Positions 46,362 through 55,344 of a DNA stretch of 64,000 nt are shown here, one piece after another. Position numbers and translations under genes: made by a program. Within the stretch, counting starts at the first letter, position 1. Each line of letters starts with the position of its first letter. The notes under the pieces are model-generated. The model was not told where the DNA came from. It was given only the letters and a program-made list of their open reading frames with translations, and did not search any database. The stretch spans positions 265,226 to 329,225 of the forward strand of contig JBKJIT010000004.1 in assembly GCA_046598345.1 (NCBI GenBank), in the 5' to 3' direction. The stretch comes from Minisyncoccia bacterium. Lineage in GTDB: Bacteria > Patescibacteriota > Minisyncoccia > Phycocordibacterales > UBA918.

Positions 46362-46487
46362 AATTTTGTGCAGAGATGCCCCAGATACGAGACGAACAAA
46401 GAAAACAATATGAAGCGTATACTCATACGATGAATATTATTTTCTGCAGTGGGGCGAAGTAGATGGGGTATATTCTGCGCAAAAATT
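46362..46487 (+). repeat. Hairpin family A copy (divergent)
   Basis: TTTTGTGCAGA/TCTGCGCAAAA, ATGCCCCA-GA-TAC/GTA-GA-TGGGGTAT, AGAAAA.AATAT/ATATT.TTTTCT, GA-AG-CGTAT/ATACG-AT-GA; overlaps the TAA of 46486..48339. Confidence 0.75.
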
Positions 46488-48339
46488 AGCCGGTCCAATT
46501 GAAGATGAGGATGGAAAAGTCAGTCAAACTCACCTTCCCATCCTGATTAATATCTGCTGGAGGATTTGAGTTCCCTCCAGCAGAATTCCACCAGAAGAGA
46601 AGGATAGAGAAGTCGATAAGATTCACTTTTCCGTCACGATTTAAGTCAGAGGTTTGAGGACCTGCAGCTTTCTCCCCTACACCGTAGTACGTAAAATCTG
46701 AGAAGTTGGTCGAAACACCAAGATCCTGCTTGGCTTTTGCGCGCACCTTATATGTGCCCGTTTTAAAACCTGCTGTGCTCAACTCATACGACCAAGCACC
46801 ATTTCCATCTGATGTTGTGGTAAACGTCTTTAAGCCTGCACTTGATTTATCACTTTGATTTTCAATAGTAATAGTTGCATCGGGGATCGCGAATCCTGAG
46901 AAAGTTACTGTGGATTCAGGATCGACTGGATCAGGAGTTACTTTAATTGAAGGCATCACATTAATGTTCGAAAGTGTGGATCCACGAGCTCCAGTAATCG
47001 TAAATGTAGTTGAAAATGTGCTCGATTTCGTTTTATTTTGGTCAATAGCATACACACCGAAGGTGTAGACCCCTCGAGCTATAGCATCAAGTGTTACAGA
47101 GAATTCACCCTCAGAATCAGCAGTCACACGCTCAGCAACTTCCCCATCAACGAGTACGTACACCTCGCTCCGCGGGAAGGCGTACCCGTTAATTATCACG
47201 AGTCCATCGCCACTCTGGTATGGATTAGTACTCCCTTCGAACCCTCCACTGTCTGAACCTGAAGTTCCTGAGGTCCCTCCACCTGAACCGCTTCCACCAC
47301 CACCTCCACCCGATCCGGAAGAGCCTCCGGAGGAACTACCTCCCGTGGAGCCAGAATTATCTCCACTTCCACTTCCTGTACCTCCCCCGGATCCAACATC
47401 CTCACCATCCCCCTCGTCACCTGGCTCTCCAGGTGGATATACCGGGATTGCAAAGGCAATCGTGTAATCATCCAAGTTTGCATTTCCTTCATCGTCAATA
47501 CACCGGATAAAGAAGGTGTATGACGTGCTCGTAGCAACACTTATATTTTTAAGGTGAATCGTAGCAAATGCAGAAGAGAATTCACTGGTCATGGAAAAAT
47601 ATGGAGTCCCTGACGCAGTGCTATAGCGACAGCGAGCAAACTCGTCTGTTTCAAGTGACATCTGCACCGTAAGCGTGGTTCCCGAAAGGGTCCCTGAAGG
47701 AGCACCATTAAATCGTACTGGTGCTGCAGTTTCTCTAGTATCCACGTCGGGAACAGAAACTGCCTCAACAATAGCCACAAGACCCCGCACCCTTGATGTC
47801 GTGGTTCCCACTGTTTCAATATAAAAGTTATTCGTTCCAGTTGCTGAGGGATTTATGATACCGACGTCTGTGCCAGTCGCATTTCTCGTATGTTCACCAA
47901 TAAGCAAGCGTACATATGCTCCCGCTGGGATACCTACTGTTGAGTTAAGCGTCAATTCAATGCTTCCAGAAGCACCTGGGGTGACTGCTATCCCATCTTG
48001 AGTGGCGCTTGGTGTTCCTGTCGCTGATCTTTGAACGTACGTAGAGGTAGTTGAGACATACAACTCGATGTTGTCGATATCAAAATTACTCGCAGGTATG
48101 GTAAATTCTCCCGGCTCAGGTTCAAAGCGAATAGATCCTGAAGGGGGTATGCCCCCCGTCGTTTTAAATTGGATTGTATGGTTCGAAGAAGTGGCGGGGC
48201 GTGAATCAGAAAGTGTATCGCGATACTCATGAATGGTAGCTCCCTCTACAATCCCAATTTGGCTACAGAAAAAAAGTGTAAACGCACTCGCGCACAGATA
48301 TAGCACATTCTTACACAAAAACTGGCCCACAGTATGCAT
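46486..48339 (-). CDS. Dockerin cargo protein: N-domain shared with the family I subunit, FN3-like domain, G/S linker, two Ig-like domains, dockerin
   Basis: 'RDTLSDSRPATSSNHTIQF..IINPSAT'; long GGSGS linker; dockerin 45/54 identical to that of 15586..16713. ATG at 48339 is preceded by TACAAT (track start 48429). Confidence 0.85.
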   Translation of the reverse strand: MHTVGQFLCKNVLYLCASAFTLFFCSQIGIVEGATIHEYRDTLSDSRPATSSNHTIQFKTTGGIPPSGSIRFEPEPGEFTIPASNFDIDNIELYVSTTSTYVQRSATGTPSATQDGIAVTPGASGSIELTLNSTVGIPAGAYVRLLIGEHTRNATGTDVGIINPSATGTNNFYIETVGTTTSRVRGLVAIVEAVSVPDVDTRETAAPVRFNGAPSGTLSGTTLTVQMSLETDEFARCRYSTASGTPYFSMTSEFSSAFATIHLKNISVATSTSYTFFIRCIDDEGNANLDDYTIAFAIPVYPPGEPGDEGDGEDVGSGGGTGSGSGDNSGSTGGSSSGGSSGSGGGGGGSGSGGGTSGTSGSDSGGFEGSTNPYQSGDGLVIINGYAFPRSEVYVLVDGEVAERVTADSEGEFSVTLDAIARGVYTFGVYAIDQNKTKSSTFSTTFTITGARGSTLSNINVMPSIKVTPDPVDPESTVTFSGFAIPDATITIENQSDKSSAGLKTFTTTSDGNGAWSYELSTAGFKTGTYKVRAKAKQDLGVSTNFSDFTYYGVGEKAAGPQTSDLNRDGKVNLIDFSILLFWWNSAGGNSNPPADINQDGKVSLTDFSILIFNWTG

Positions 48340-48506
48340 GGTTAATTCTATTGTACCGCACTGTGACTCTAGAGATGTACAGGACTGAGTATAATCGTGA
48401 GTGTATCCATCTCTTCGCCGTTTCATCATATAGACACGACATGCATGTGCATATGCACACGCAAAACAAGTAAAGCAATTGAGTAGAGAGTACTATTACT
48501 CATAAT

Positions 48507-49685
48507 ATGAATACATATTTAGTAGGGCTTATTGGTGCAGTCGTTCTTTCTCTTGTTGGTGCATATTTTTATTTTTCGGTAGCAAAATCAGAAGAGCCTT
48601 TGCGCGCAACGTACTTCACATACGCCGAAGAAGAGCTCCAGCCGATTCGTGCACTAAAGTCCAGTCAGATGATTACTACTGACGATGTGTACTTTTGGGA
48701 TCAAATTGCCTTTATCTTAATGTCAAAAAATACCCTCAAGGAAACATTCACAGAGGAGCCATCAAAAGTCTATGCATATCTCGCTGTAGCACAACGCGAT
48801 TTTTATGATCTTTCCATTCGGATGGGAAGGAAGAACACCGGTTCGTTTGAATATCTCTCAAAAGACGTATTGTGCCTCTTTTTTATGGATGATTGTGTAA
48901 GCATAGTGGTACGTGGTGAGAATGATGCTTACGGAGAGGCTGTCTCAGAACTTATCATGACTAAAATACGTGCCCGCATGGAAGAAGAAAAAGCAAAACT
49001 AACCCCTTACCCCATGATGGAGGGAGAGCAATACTGGAATGGTGGAACTGCTCCTTTAATTGGGCCCACGAACGGTCACAGCTTGGGTTGGTTTATTAAA
49101 TCAGGTGCGGAGTTTAGAGCCCCACAACCGATAGCATATGATTCCGAAGCATTTAAAGCAGAACTTCAAGGCACGCTGAAAGCACTAAGTAATGCTAATC
49201 AAGAACAGCGTGAGGCCGTTGTCTACTGGGCAGGAGTTCCTGGTACTAAAACTCCTCCAGGCCAGCTCCTAGAACTCGCGGATTCGTATATGGAAGAACA
49301 TGAGATCCCTCTAGGAAAGATGTTACTCGTCAGGTCTGTTGTCGCGCTCGCTGTCGCAGATGCCGTTACCTCAGTCTTTGATTCTAAATATACATATCTT
49401 GTGAAGCGGCCTTTTATGATGGATCCTACCCTCTTTACCATCATGCCAACACCTAATCACCCGAGTTACCCATCTGGACATTCAACACTTTCAAAAGCAG
49501 CGACAACCGTACTGAAACATTATTTTCCTGAAGACACAGAGTTTTGGGATGCAAAAGCAGTCGAAGCTGGAATGTCACGTGTTTGGGGAGGTATTCACTA
49601 CATGATGGACCATGATTCTGGAGTAGAAATGGGTAAACGTGTTGGGGAAATAGCTATAGAGAAATCTACAGTCAACAACCAGTAA
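48507..49685 (+). CDS. Vanadium-dependent haloperoxidase/PAP2 superfamily exported protein
   Basis: Motifs 'DSKYTYLVKRP', 'TPNHPSYPSGHS', 'SRVWGGIHYMMD'; N-terminal TM. Confidence 0.85.
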   Translation: MNTYLVGLIGAVVLSLVGAYFYFSVAKSEEPLRATYFTYAEEELQPIRALKSSQMITTDDVYFWDQIAFILMSKNTLKETFTEEPSKVYAYLAVAQRDFYDLSIRMGRKNTGSFEYLSKDVLCLFFMDDCVSIVVRGENDAYGEAVSELIMTKIRARMEEEKAKLTPYPMMEGEQYWNGGTAPLIGPTNGHSLGWFIKSGAEFRAPQPIAYDSEAFKAELQGTLKALSNANQEQREAVVYWAGVPGTKTPPGQLLELADSYMEEHEIPLGKMLLVRSVVALAVADAVTSVFDSKYTYLVKRPFMMDPTLFTIMPTPNHPSYPSGHSTLSKAATTVLKHYFPEDTEFWDAKAVEAGMSRVWGGIHYMMDHDSGVEMGKRVGEIAIEKSTVNNQ

Positions 49686-49697
49686 TTCATTAGGAAT

Positions 49698-50702
49698 ATG
49701 TTTAGCAATTCTAGCATCGGTAAAAAGTTACTATATGCATTTTTTGTACTCACAATCATTTCTATAGGCATAGGCTACGTTAGCTTTCGTAATATGGAGC
49801 ACAATAGCGAGGTTTTCACTGAAATAATTTCTGGAACATCACCACGCGTCCAAGCATTACTTGAAATGAAAAATATTTCAAATGAAATAGCGAACACCGC
49901 TTTCCAGATACAGACGCTACATCATACAAACGAAGACGAGCAACACCCTGAAAATGCTACTCAAAATATGACGGGTGTATCTGACTCAAAATCCGTCATT
50001 CTTGTAAATCTAGAACAACTCTTGCGGTGGATTGAGGTATATCGTAAAGCATCAACTGACACAGATACACGGGTAGCTGCTTTTCTCTTTGAAATAAATC
50101 AAAGCAAATCTGCGATCATAGCATCGACACTCGAATATGTTGACGCCAGGGAACAGCAAGTTGATCCAAAAATACTCATTGCAAAGCAAGAAACACTAAA
50201 CAGACAAATTGCCACATTACAGAATTTGATCGAGATTTCGATTGCAGAAGAAACCGCAAGCCTTCGAGTTCAAAAACAGAATGCTGACCGTGAAATGAAG
50301 GATACATTACTCTTAACAGGACTAATGACTGGAATAAGTGTATGTGTAGCTCTTTTTGCATGGATCCTTCTTAGCCGCCTTATTGTGCGACCGCTTCAGG
50401 CACTACGGGATGCTTCTCGTGCGATTGCAGGTGGAAACATGGAAATCGAAATCCCAATCACCTCGAAGGACGAGATTGCTGACCTGGCAATGGCATTTAA
50501 CAATATGGCACGGCGTCTCCGAGAAACACACAGCGTGTTAATCTCGAACAATGTGGAGTTAGAAAAAGTAAAAAAGGAAATCGAAACGAAATTCATTGAC
50601 ACAGATAGAATGAATAAACAGATGATTAATCGCGAACTTAAAATGGTGGAGCTTAAGAAAGAAATTACTCTTCTTAAAGAAAAAATCGGACCTGTGAGCT
50701 AA
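49698..50702 (+). CDS. Membrane sensor: TM, helical extracellular domain, TM, HAMP, RELKMVELK coiled coil; no output domain
   Basis: HAMP 'IVRPLQALRDASRAIAGGNME..SKDEIADLAMAFNNM'; ends 'NKQMINRELKMVELKKEI'. Confidence 0.85.
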   Translation: MFSNSSIGKKLLYAFFVLTIISIGIGYVSFRNMEHNSEVFTEIISGTSPRVQALLEMKNISNEIANTAFQIQTLHHTNEDEQHPENATQNMTGVSDSKSVILVNLEQLLRWIEVYRKASTDTDTRVAAFLFEINQSKSAIIASTLEYVDAREQQVDPKILIAKQETLNRQIATLQNLIEISIAEETASLRVQKQNADREMKDTLLLTGLMTGISVCVALFAWILLSRLIVRPLQALRDASRAIAGGNMEIEIPITSKDEIADLAMAFNNMARRLRETHSVLISNNVELEKVKKEIETKFIDTDRMNKQMINRELKMVELKKEITLLKEKIGPVS

Positions 50703-50728
50703 AACAATATAGCGTAGCCAAAGCCAAA

Positions 50729-50781
50729 CTTTCGAACAAAAAACAACACTCCTAAACGGAGTGTTGTTTTTTGTTCGAAAG
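50729..50781. terminator. Bidirectional rho-independent terminator
   Basis: 24-bp perfect inverted repeat CTTTCGAACAAAAAACAACACTCC/GGAGTGTTGTTTTTTGTTCGAAAG between convergent genes. Confidence 0.85.
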
Positions 50782-50788
50782 GACAGAG

Positions 50789-51247
50789 CTACCGAATCAC
50801 GGAGATATCTACGCCACCATATGCTGCTGGTGCACATACACCAATTCGGCCATTTGCATTCTTAAAAATGGCGTACCCGGTTATTTGATCATCCGCAACA
50901 GTAGGGTCACTTGGGATGTCGGTGAGATATTTATCATCTGTAAGCAGCTCATCGAGATTCACTCCATCACATGAAATTCCTGATTGACAGATGTCATCGC
51001 CATTACCTGCACACGTAGTACCCGTTGGAATAAGTTCAGAAGGTAACGACCCATAATTATCGATGGAGTACTGCTGGACCGCATCAAGAATTGCACGGAC
51101 ATCGCTTCTACGTTGAGCGTTTTGCGATTCGCCAAATTGCTTCGCAGGATTTAAAGCGACAATAACTACTGCCGCAAGGATGGCAAGGATGGCAATCACC
51201 AAAAGAACTTCGATCAGTGTAAATCCACGTGCTGTATCTTTTTTCAC
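50789..51247 (-). CDS. Type IV pilin (prepilin, class III signal)
   Basis: 'RG|FTLIEVLLVIAILAILAAVVIVALNP..QR.SDV..I..A..QY', Cys-rich head, 'IPSDP'. Confidence 0.92.
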   Translation of the reverse strand: MKKDTARGFTLIEVLLVIAILAILAAVVIVALNPAKQFGESQNAQRRSDVRAILDAVQQYSIDNYGSLPSELIPTGTTCAGNGDDICQSGISCDGVNLDELLTDDKYLTDIPSDPTVADDQITGYAIFKNANGRIGVCAPAAYGGVDISVIR

Positions 51248-51377
51248 GATTTTATTTTATATGCGTATAAATACATGAGATATGTCGCTACTCAAAATGA
51301 TTTTGTATTGATTCAAGTATATAAACACTTGGCTCAATCAACAAAGGACAACTCAGGGTTACCCAATACCCCCAATG

Positions 51378-51839
51378 CTACCGGGTGACGACCATGTCAT
51401 CTGCAAGCTCAACACTGGGTGCAGAAACCCGCACCCTCCCATTTTCAGTTTTGGCAACGAAATACCCTGTTCCATCTTCAGAACAATATGCACTATCCCT
51501 CGGGCAGAGGGGATCTTCTGGCATTGAAACGAGGTATCTTTCTTCAGTTGTCAGCATGGATAGGTCGTAGAGACCAACACATGAAACGCTTTGAGTTTTG
51601 CAGATTTCCTTGTTTTCAGTGGTAATTTCTGAGGGAAAGGACCCGTCATTATTTGCAGCATATTGATGTAGGGCACCAAGAATTGCGTAGACATCACTCA
51701 AACGCTGTGCGTCCCTGGCAGTCCCTAGTTGTCTAGAGGGATTAATAGCAATGATTACCACCGATGCCAAAATCGCAAGTATTGCAATAACAAGCAATAC
51801 TTCTATAAGTGTGAAGCCATTTCGGAAAATCTTTTGCAT
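51378..51839 (-). CDS. Type IV pilin (paralog of 50789..51247)
   Basis: 'NG|FTLIEVLLVIAILAILASVVIIAINP..QRLSDV', 'MPEDP'. Confidence 0.92.
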   Translation of the reverse strand: MQKIFRNGFTLIEVLLVIAILAILASVVIIAINPSRQLGTARDAQRLSDVYAILGALHQYAANNDGSFPSEITTENKEICKTQSVSCVGLYDLSMLTTEERYLVSMPEDPLCPRDSAYCSEDGTGYFVAKTENGRVRVSAPSVELADDMVVTR

Positions 51840-51873
51840 ATTGCTTATACTATATCAGTGCGACACCGTGTAT

Positions 51874-53178
51874 TTAATTGATATAGGTTCTTACTACCCA
51901 GACTAGAAATACAAATGCCGCAATGAAAATGCATACTGTGCCAATTAAACGAAAGTTAATAGTACCTGTACGCTTTCGTTTCAAATATGCCTTAGGTGAA
52001 GCAAGCAGAGTACTCATTTGAGACAGTAGGCCCGAAAGTACATACTGCAAATCCTCAAGGGAACGTATGTCACTTATTTTTAGAAATTTTTCTGAATCGC
52101 TTTCCTCGTATTGGTATTGACGAAGTAGATTAATGCGATCTGCATCGTGACTTACTCCATGCAAGGCTAGACCGACTACTGTTGAAAAATGGACCCCAGG
52201 CATATCTCGTTGAAGCACGTCAGCATTTTTGATTCTAGAGAGTGGATCAGCCATCTCTGTCGGAATTCCAGTCTGCTCTTGTATCCACACATCTAACTTT
52301 TTGAGTGATGCTGATCCCCCAGTCAAAATAATGTGTGCAATCTTGGCTCCCGTTTTTTCTTCAAAATAGGTCTTCGCTTCAGCTATTTTATCAGTAATTT
52401 CTTTGATGCATTCTAAAAGAACACCCCTAACTCCGGTGTTCTCGTATTCCGGGTCGAGGCCCTGCTCGCACTTCAGCACTTCTGCTTCTTCCTCTTTCAT
52501 GGCGAGTTTTTCTGCTATCCTCTTAGTAAAATATTCACCTCCCTTAGGAATAGTCACTGAAACGTTTGCAACTGCATCCTCACCAAAGATTCCGATTGTT
52601 GTTGTGTGTGCACCCATGTCAACAATTATGTAGTCCTCGTCACCTAGAGAAGTAGGTAGTAATGCACGGCCCAAGGAAAAAAGTTCACCGCCAACGAACG
52701 CAGGTTTCACATTGGCATGGACAAGGGCTGCAACATACCTATTTAAATCGGACTTTGACACACCGACGAACGTTGCATTCCGCTTTCCATTTTTTTCGGC
52801 TATATGGTAATCCCAATAGAGGTCACGAAGTTCAAAGGGAATGATTTTTTCGGCATCAGCACGTACAAATTCGGCAACTTCTCCTTCTTTCGTATCCTGA
52901 GGAATAGTAAGGTAATGCGTGAAGAGTTTGGATTCAGGGAGACACACAATTGCCCGCAAGGTTGCATTTTCTGACGAAAGCACAAGCGGGCTCGTATTTG
53001 TAAGTATTGTACGTAGGGTTTCTGAAAAAACTTCTGTATTAACAATATTTCCTCCTTCTACAGTTCCTTTTGGAAGCTCTGCACTTCCATAGGCGACAAT
53101 AGTGTTCTCCGCATCAAGCTGTAAAACCTTTATTGAAACGTCGCTTATGTCTATGCCAATTACACTTGAATGTTTCAT
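51874..53178 (-). CDS. pilM: Type IV pilus assembly protein PilM with a C-terminal extension and TM
   Basis: 'IGIDISDVSIKVLQL', 'IIPF..LYWDY', 'IVDMGAHTT', 'GGEYFT..IA', 'IILTGGSA', 'VVGLAL', then 'INLL' and a C-terminal TM. Confidence 0.88.
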   Translation of the reverse strand: MKHSSVIGIDISDVSIKVLQLDAENTIVAYGSAELPKGTVEGGNIVNTEVFSETLRTILTNTSPLVLSSENATLRAIVCLPESKLFTHYLTIPQDTKEGEVAEFVRADAEKIIPFELRDLYWDYHIAEKNGKRNATFVGVSKSDLNRYVAALVHANVKPAFVGGELFSLGRALLPTSLGDEDYIIVDMGAHTTTIGIFGEDAVANVSVTIPKGGEYFTKRIAEKLAMKEEEAEVLKCEQGLDPEYENTGVRGVLLECIKEITDKIAEAKTYFEEKTGAKIAHIILTGGSASLKKLDVWIQEQTGIPTEMADPLSRIKNADVLQRDMPGVHFSTVVGLALHGVSHDADRINLLRQYQYEESDSEKFLKISDIRSLEDLQYVLSGLLSQMSTLLASPKAYLKRKRTGTINFRLIGTVCIFIAAFVFLVWVVRTYIN

Positions 53179-53179
53179 A

Positions 53180-53575
53180 CTAAAAACTTGCTACTCGTTC
53201 ATATGACGTTATGGATAAATGAGGACTAACGACTGCAACGTCTACAACTACACGATACACAACCGAACCCACCTGACTTTCCGCATGAATCGTTCGGTTA
53301 GTATTACCATCCCCTCCAATACTTTCGATCTCACAGGGTGTATCCCCCACCAGTATACTCTCTTCCCCATCATAATTGAGGGTTCGTTGTAGTTCTACAA
53401 GTGCGTGCTCTACACACGCCATTACGATAAAGCGAGCCACTTCGCGTTCGTGCATGCCTATACTCGTATCCGAGCCCGAAATAGCGCGGGAAGCAATACT
53501 GATACTTATAGACAAGAAAATGGCTGAAAGTACTAAGACCGAAGCAAGTGCAATGAAACCTTGAGTATATTTCAT
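53180..53575 (-). CDS. Minor pilin, PilX/GspK-like
   Basis: 'QG|FIALASVLVL' lacks Glu5; 'A..CVEHALVEL'. Confidence 0.75.
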   Translation of the reverse strand: MKYTQGFIALASVLVLSAIFLSISISIASRAISGSDTSIGMHEREVARFIVMACVEHALVELQRTLNYDGEESILVGDTPCEIESIGGDGNTNRTIHAESQVGSVVYRVVVDVAVVSPHLSITSYERVASF

Positions 53576-54093
53576 GGTGATTGTTGAATACCAACTGTTG
53601 TGTAGTACGTACCGCTCGCGTGATATGCCTGTATCTCTTCTGGATTGTACGTCTCAATCTGAAGTTCAATTCTGAGTGTGCCCGCACCATGTTCACCCGT
53701 AACATTACTCACACTGAATACAGGGACACGTACCCCTGCCCCAGAAATGGGCTGTGGTTCTCCCTCGCCTTCTGTCATGCGCATAATTCCATCAAGAACT
53801 TCAAACACTGTTGGATCATTGGAAGCATCTTCCATGTGAAGCGTAAGGGAAGAAGATGTTGTTCCCATTTCGGGAGTATGAATGGAAACTGCACGATCTA
53901 CTGCTCTCTGCACCTTCTCCATAACAAATGCAGCAGTATAGTGCATCTCTTCTTCAGCATGTGCCTTGGCCTTGCTTTCCAACACGGTGATCCCGATGCT
54001 TGCAAGAACTGCAAGCATCGTGACTGAGATACCCATATAGAGCAAAAGCTCGAGCAATGTGAATCCTTTAGCTTTTCTGCGAAGAGTCCCCAT
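53572..54093 (-). CDS. Minor pilin, PilW/GspJ-like
   Basis: 'KG|FTLLELLLYMGI'. Confidence 0.82.
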   Translation of the reverse strand: MGTLRRKAKGFTLLELLLYMGISVTMLAVLASIGITVLESKAKAHAEEEMHYTAAFVMEKVQRAVDRAVSIHTPEMGTTSSSLTLHMEDASNDPTVFEVLDGIMRMTEGEGEPQPISGAGVRVPVFSVSNVTGEHGAGTLRIELQIETYNPEEIQAYHASGTYYTTVGIQQSP

Positions 54094-54094
54094 A

Positions 54095-54892
54095 TTACAG
54101 TGAAATTAAGACATTATTCTTGGTCCCATCAACGAGGATGAAGGTGAGAATAAAATCAGTCCCCGCAACACTCGCATCAAATTGAAGGGAATCTATCGAA
54201 TAGACCGTGTTTGGGTTGAGTACGTAATCTGCGAGATCAATGAAAGTTTCTGACGGGACAGAAGGCGTGCCACCACCGAAGATTTCAGTGCCCTGTAACA
54301 TAATACGTGTAAGGAGTGCTCCGGTATCCCACTGCACAATTATTCCCGTAAGTGTAATTGGGCTCTCTCCTGTGTTACTAAGTGCAAGACCAGTGAGACT
54401 AGTACTCGAAGCGGAGAGTGTGGGGGTATCCATATCGACCTCGAGAAACCCTGCTTCCCCATCCGTTTGTCTCCAGTTTGTAAGTCTCGTCGTTACTACG
54501 ATATCTTTTTCAGCATCACCAATCGTATTCCATGCGACCTCTGCTGTGACTTCCTTTGTATGATCATCAATATCGGTGATCATAATCGTACGGGTAAATT
54601 TACCAACTACGTCGGGAGAAGGCGAGAGTGCCCAGTGTATGTCGTCAAATACAAGGCCGTGGACTCCTGCTTCAAGATTTGTAAAACTATCGTCGCGGAT
54701 CGAACGTAGCGCTTCAATACCTTCACTGGCTAAGAATCGCGCCTGCGTCGATTCATTTTTGTAACGCAACGATGCAAATGAATCCAAGATAAGATATCCG
54801 ATCGTTACAACGCCAATAGTGAAAACAGCAATTGCAAATACTATTTCAATGAGTGACTGACCTTTCTTGTAATGGAATGGATACATACGCAT
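54095..54892 (-). CDS. Minor pilin, PilV/GspI-like, with a C-terminal extra domain
   Basis: 'KG|QSLIEIVFAIAVF', 'ARFLASEGIEALRSIRD', 'FTRTI.I...KEVT..V.W'. Confidence 0.82.
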   Translation of the reverse strand: MRMYPFHYKKGQSLIEIVFAIAVFTIGVVTIGYLILDSFASLRYKNESTQARFLASEGIEALRSIRDDSFTNLEAGVHGLVFDDIHWALSPSPDVVGKFTRTIMITDIDDHTKEVTAEVAWNTIGDAEKDIVVTTRLTNWRQTDGEAGFLEVDMDTPTLSASSTSLTGLALSNTGESPITLTGIIVQWDTGALLTRIMLQGTEIFGGGTPSVPSETFIDLADYVLNPNTVYSIDSLQFDASVAGTDFILTFILVDGTKNNVLISL

Positions 54893-55344
54893 TATTCAAT
54901 AAGTCCCGATGGAAACACCAAAATGGAACTTGTCTTATTTTCTAGTGTGAGAATGAGTGCCCCGTCTGTGCCTGGCAGCCCTTCATGCTGAGAAAAAACT
55001 ACTTCTTCAAAACCTGAAATGAGTAGGTTAGAAGGAATAGAAAATGATTCATCCTCAGAAATTAGACGCGACGCATACGACTCACCCTCAAAGAGGATAT
55101 ATGCATCTTCTTCTATACGAACTCCAAAAGCACTTCCATGTTTACCTGCGATTGAAAAGCTCTGCGCTCGTCGTAAAGCGTTCGTCAGCCCCTCATCTGC
55201 TCCATTCAAAATCTCTGACCGGTAAAAGGAAAGTTCAACAGGAAACATGAATACACCAACCATGAGCATGAGCGACATGACAAGAAGAAGCTCAATGAGC
55301 GTAAAACCCCGTCTACTATTTGGTAATACTCCCCGTAAGTTCAT
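54892..55344 (-). CDS. Minor pilin, FimU/GspH-like
   Basis: 'RG|FTLIELLLVM', 'LRRAQSFS', 'FGV', 'F...G'. Start uncertain (55344 or 55365). Confidence 0.8.
   Translation of the reverse strand: MNLRGVLPNSRRGFTLIELLLVMSLMLMVGVFMFPVELSFYRSEILNGADEGLTNALRRAQSFSIAGKHGSAFGVRIEEDAYILFEGESYASRLISEDESFSIPSNLLISGFEEVVFSQHEGLPGTDGALILTLENKTSSILVFPSGLIE

Noticed and set aside
9361-48339. Classical cellulosome
   Set aside because: No multi-cohesin scaffoldin, CBM3 or recognisable glycoside hydrolase; the dockerin cargos look non-catalytic.
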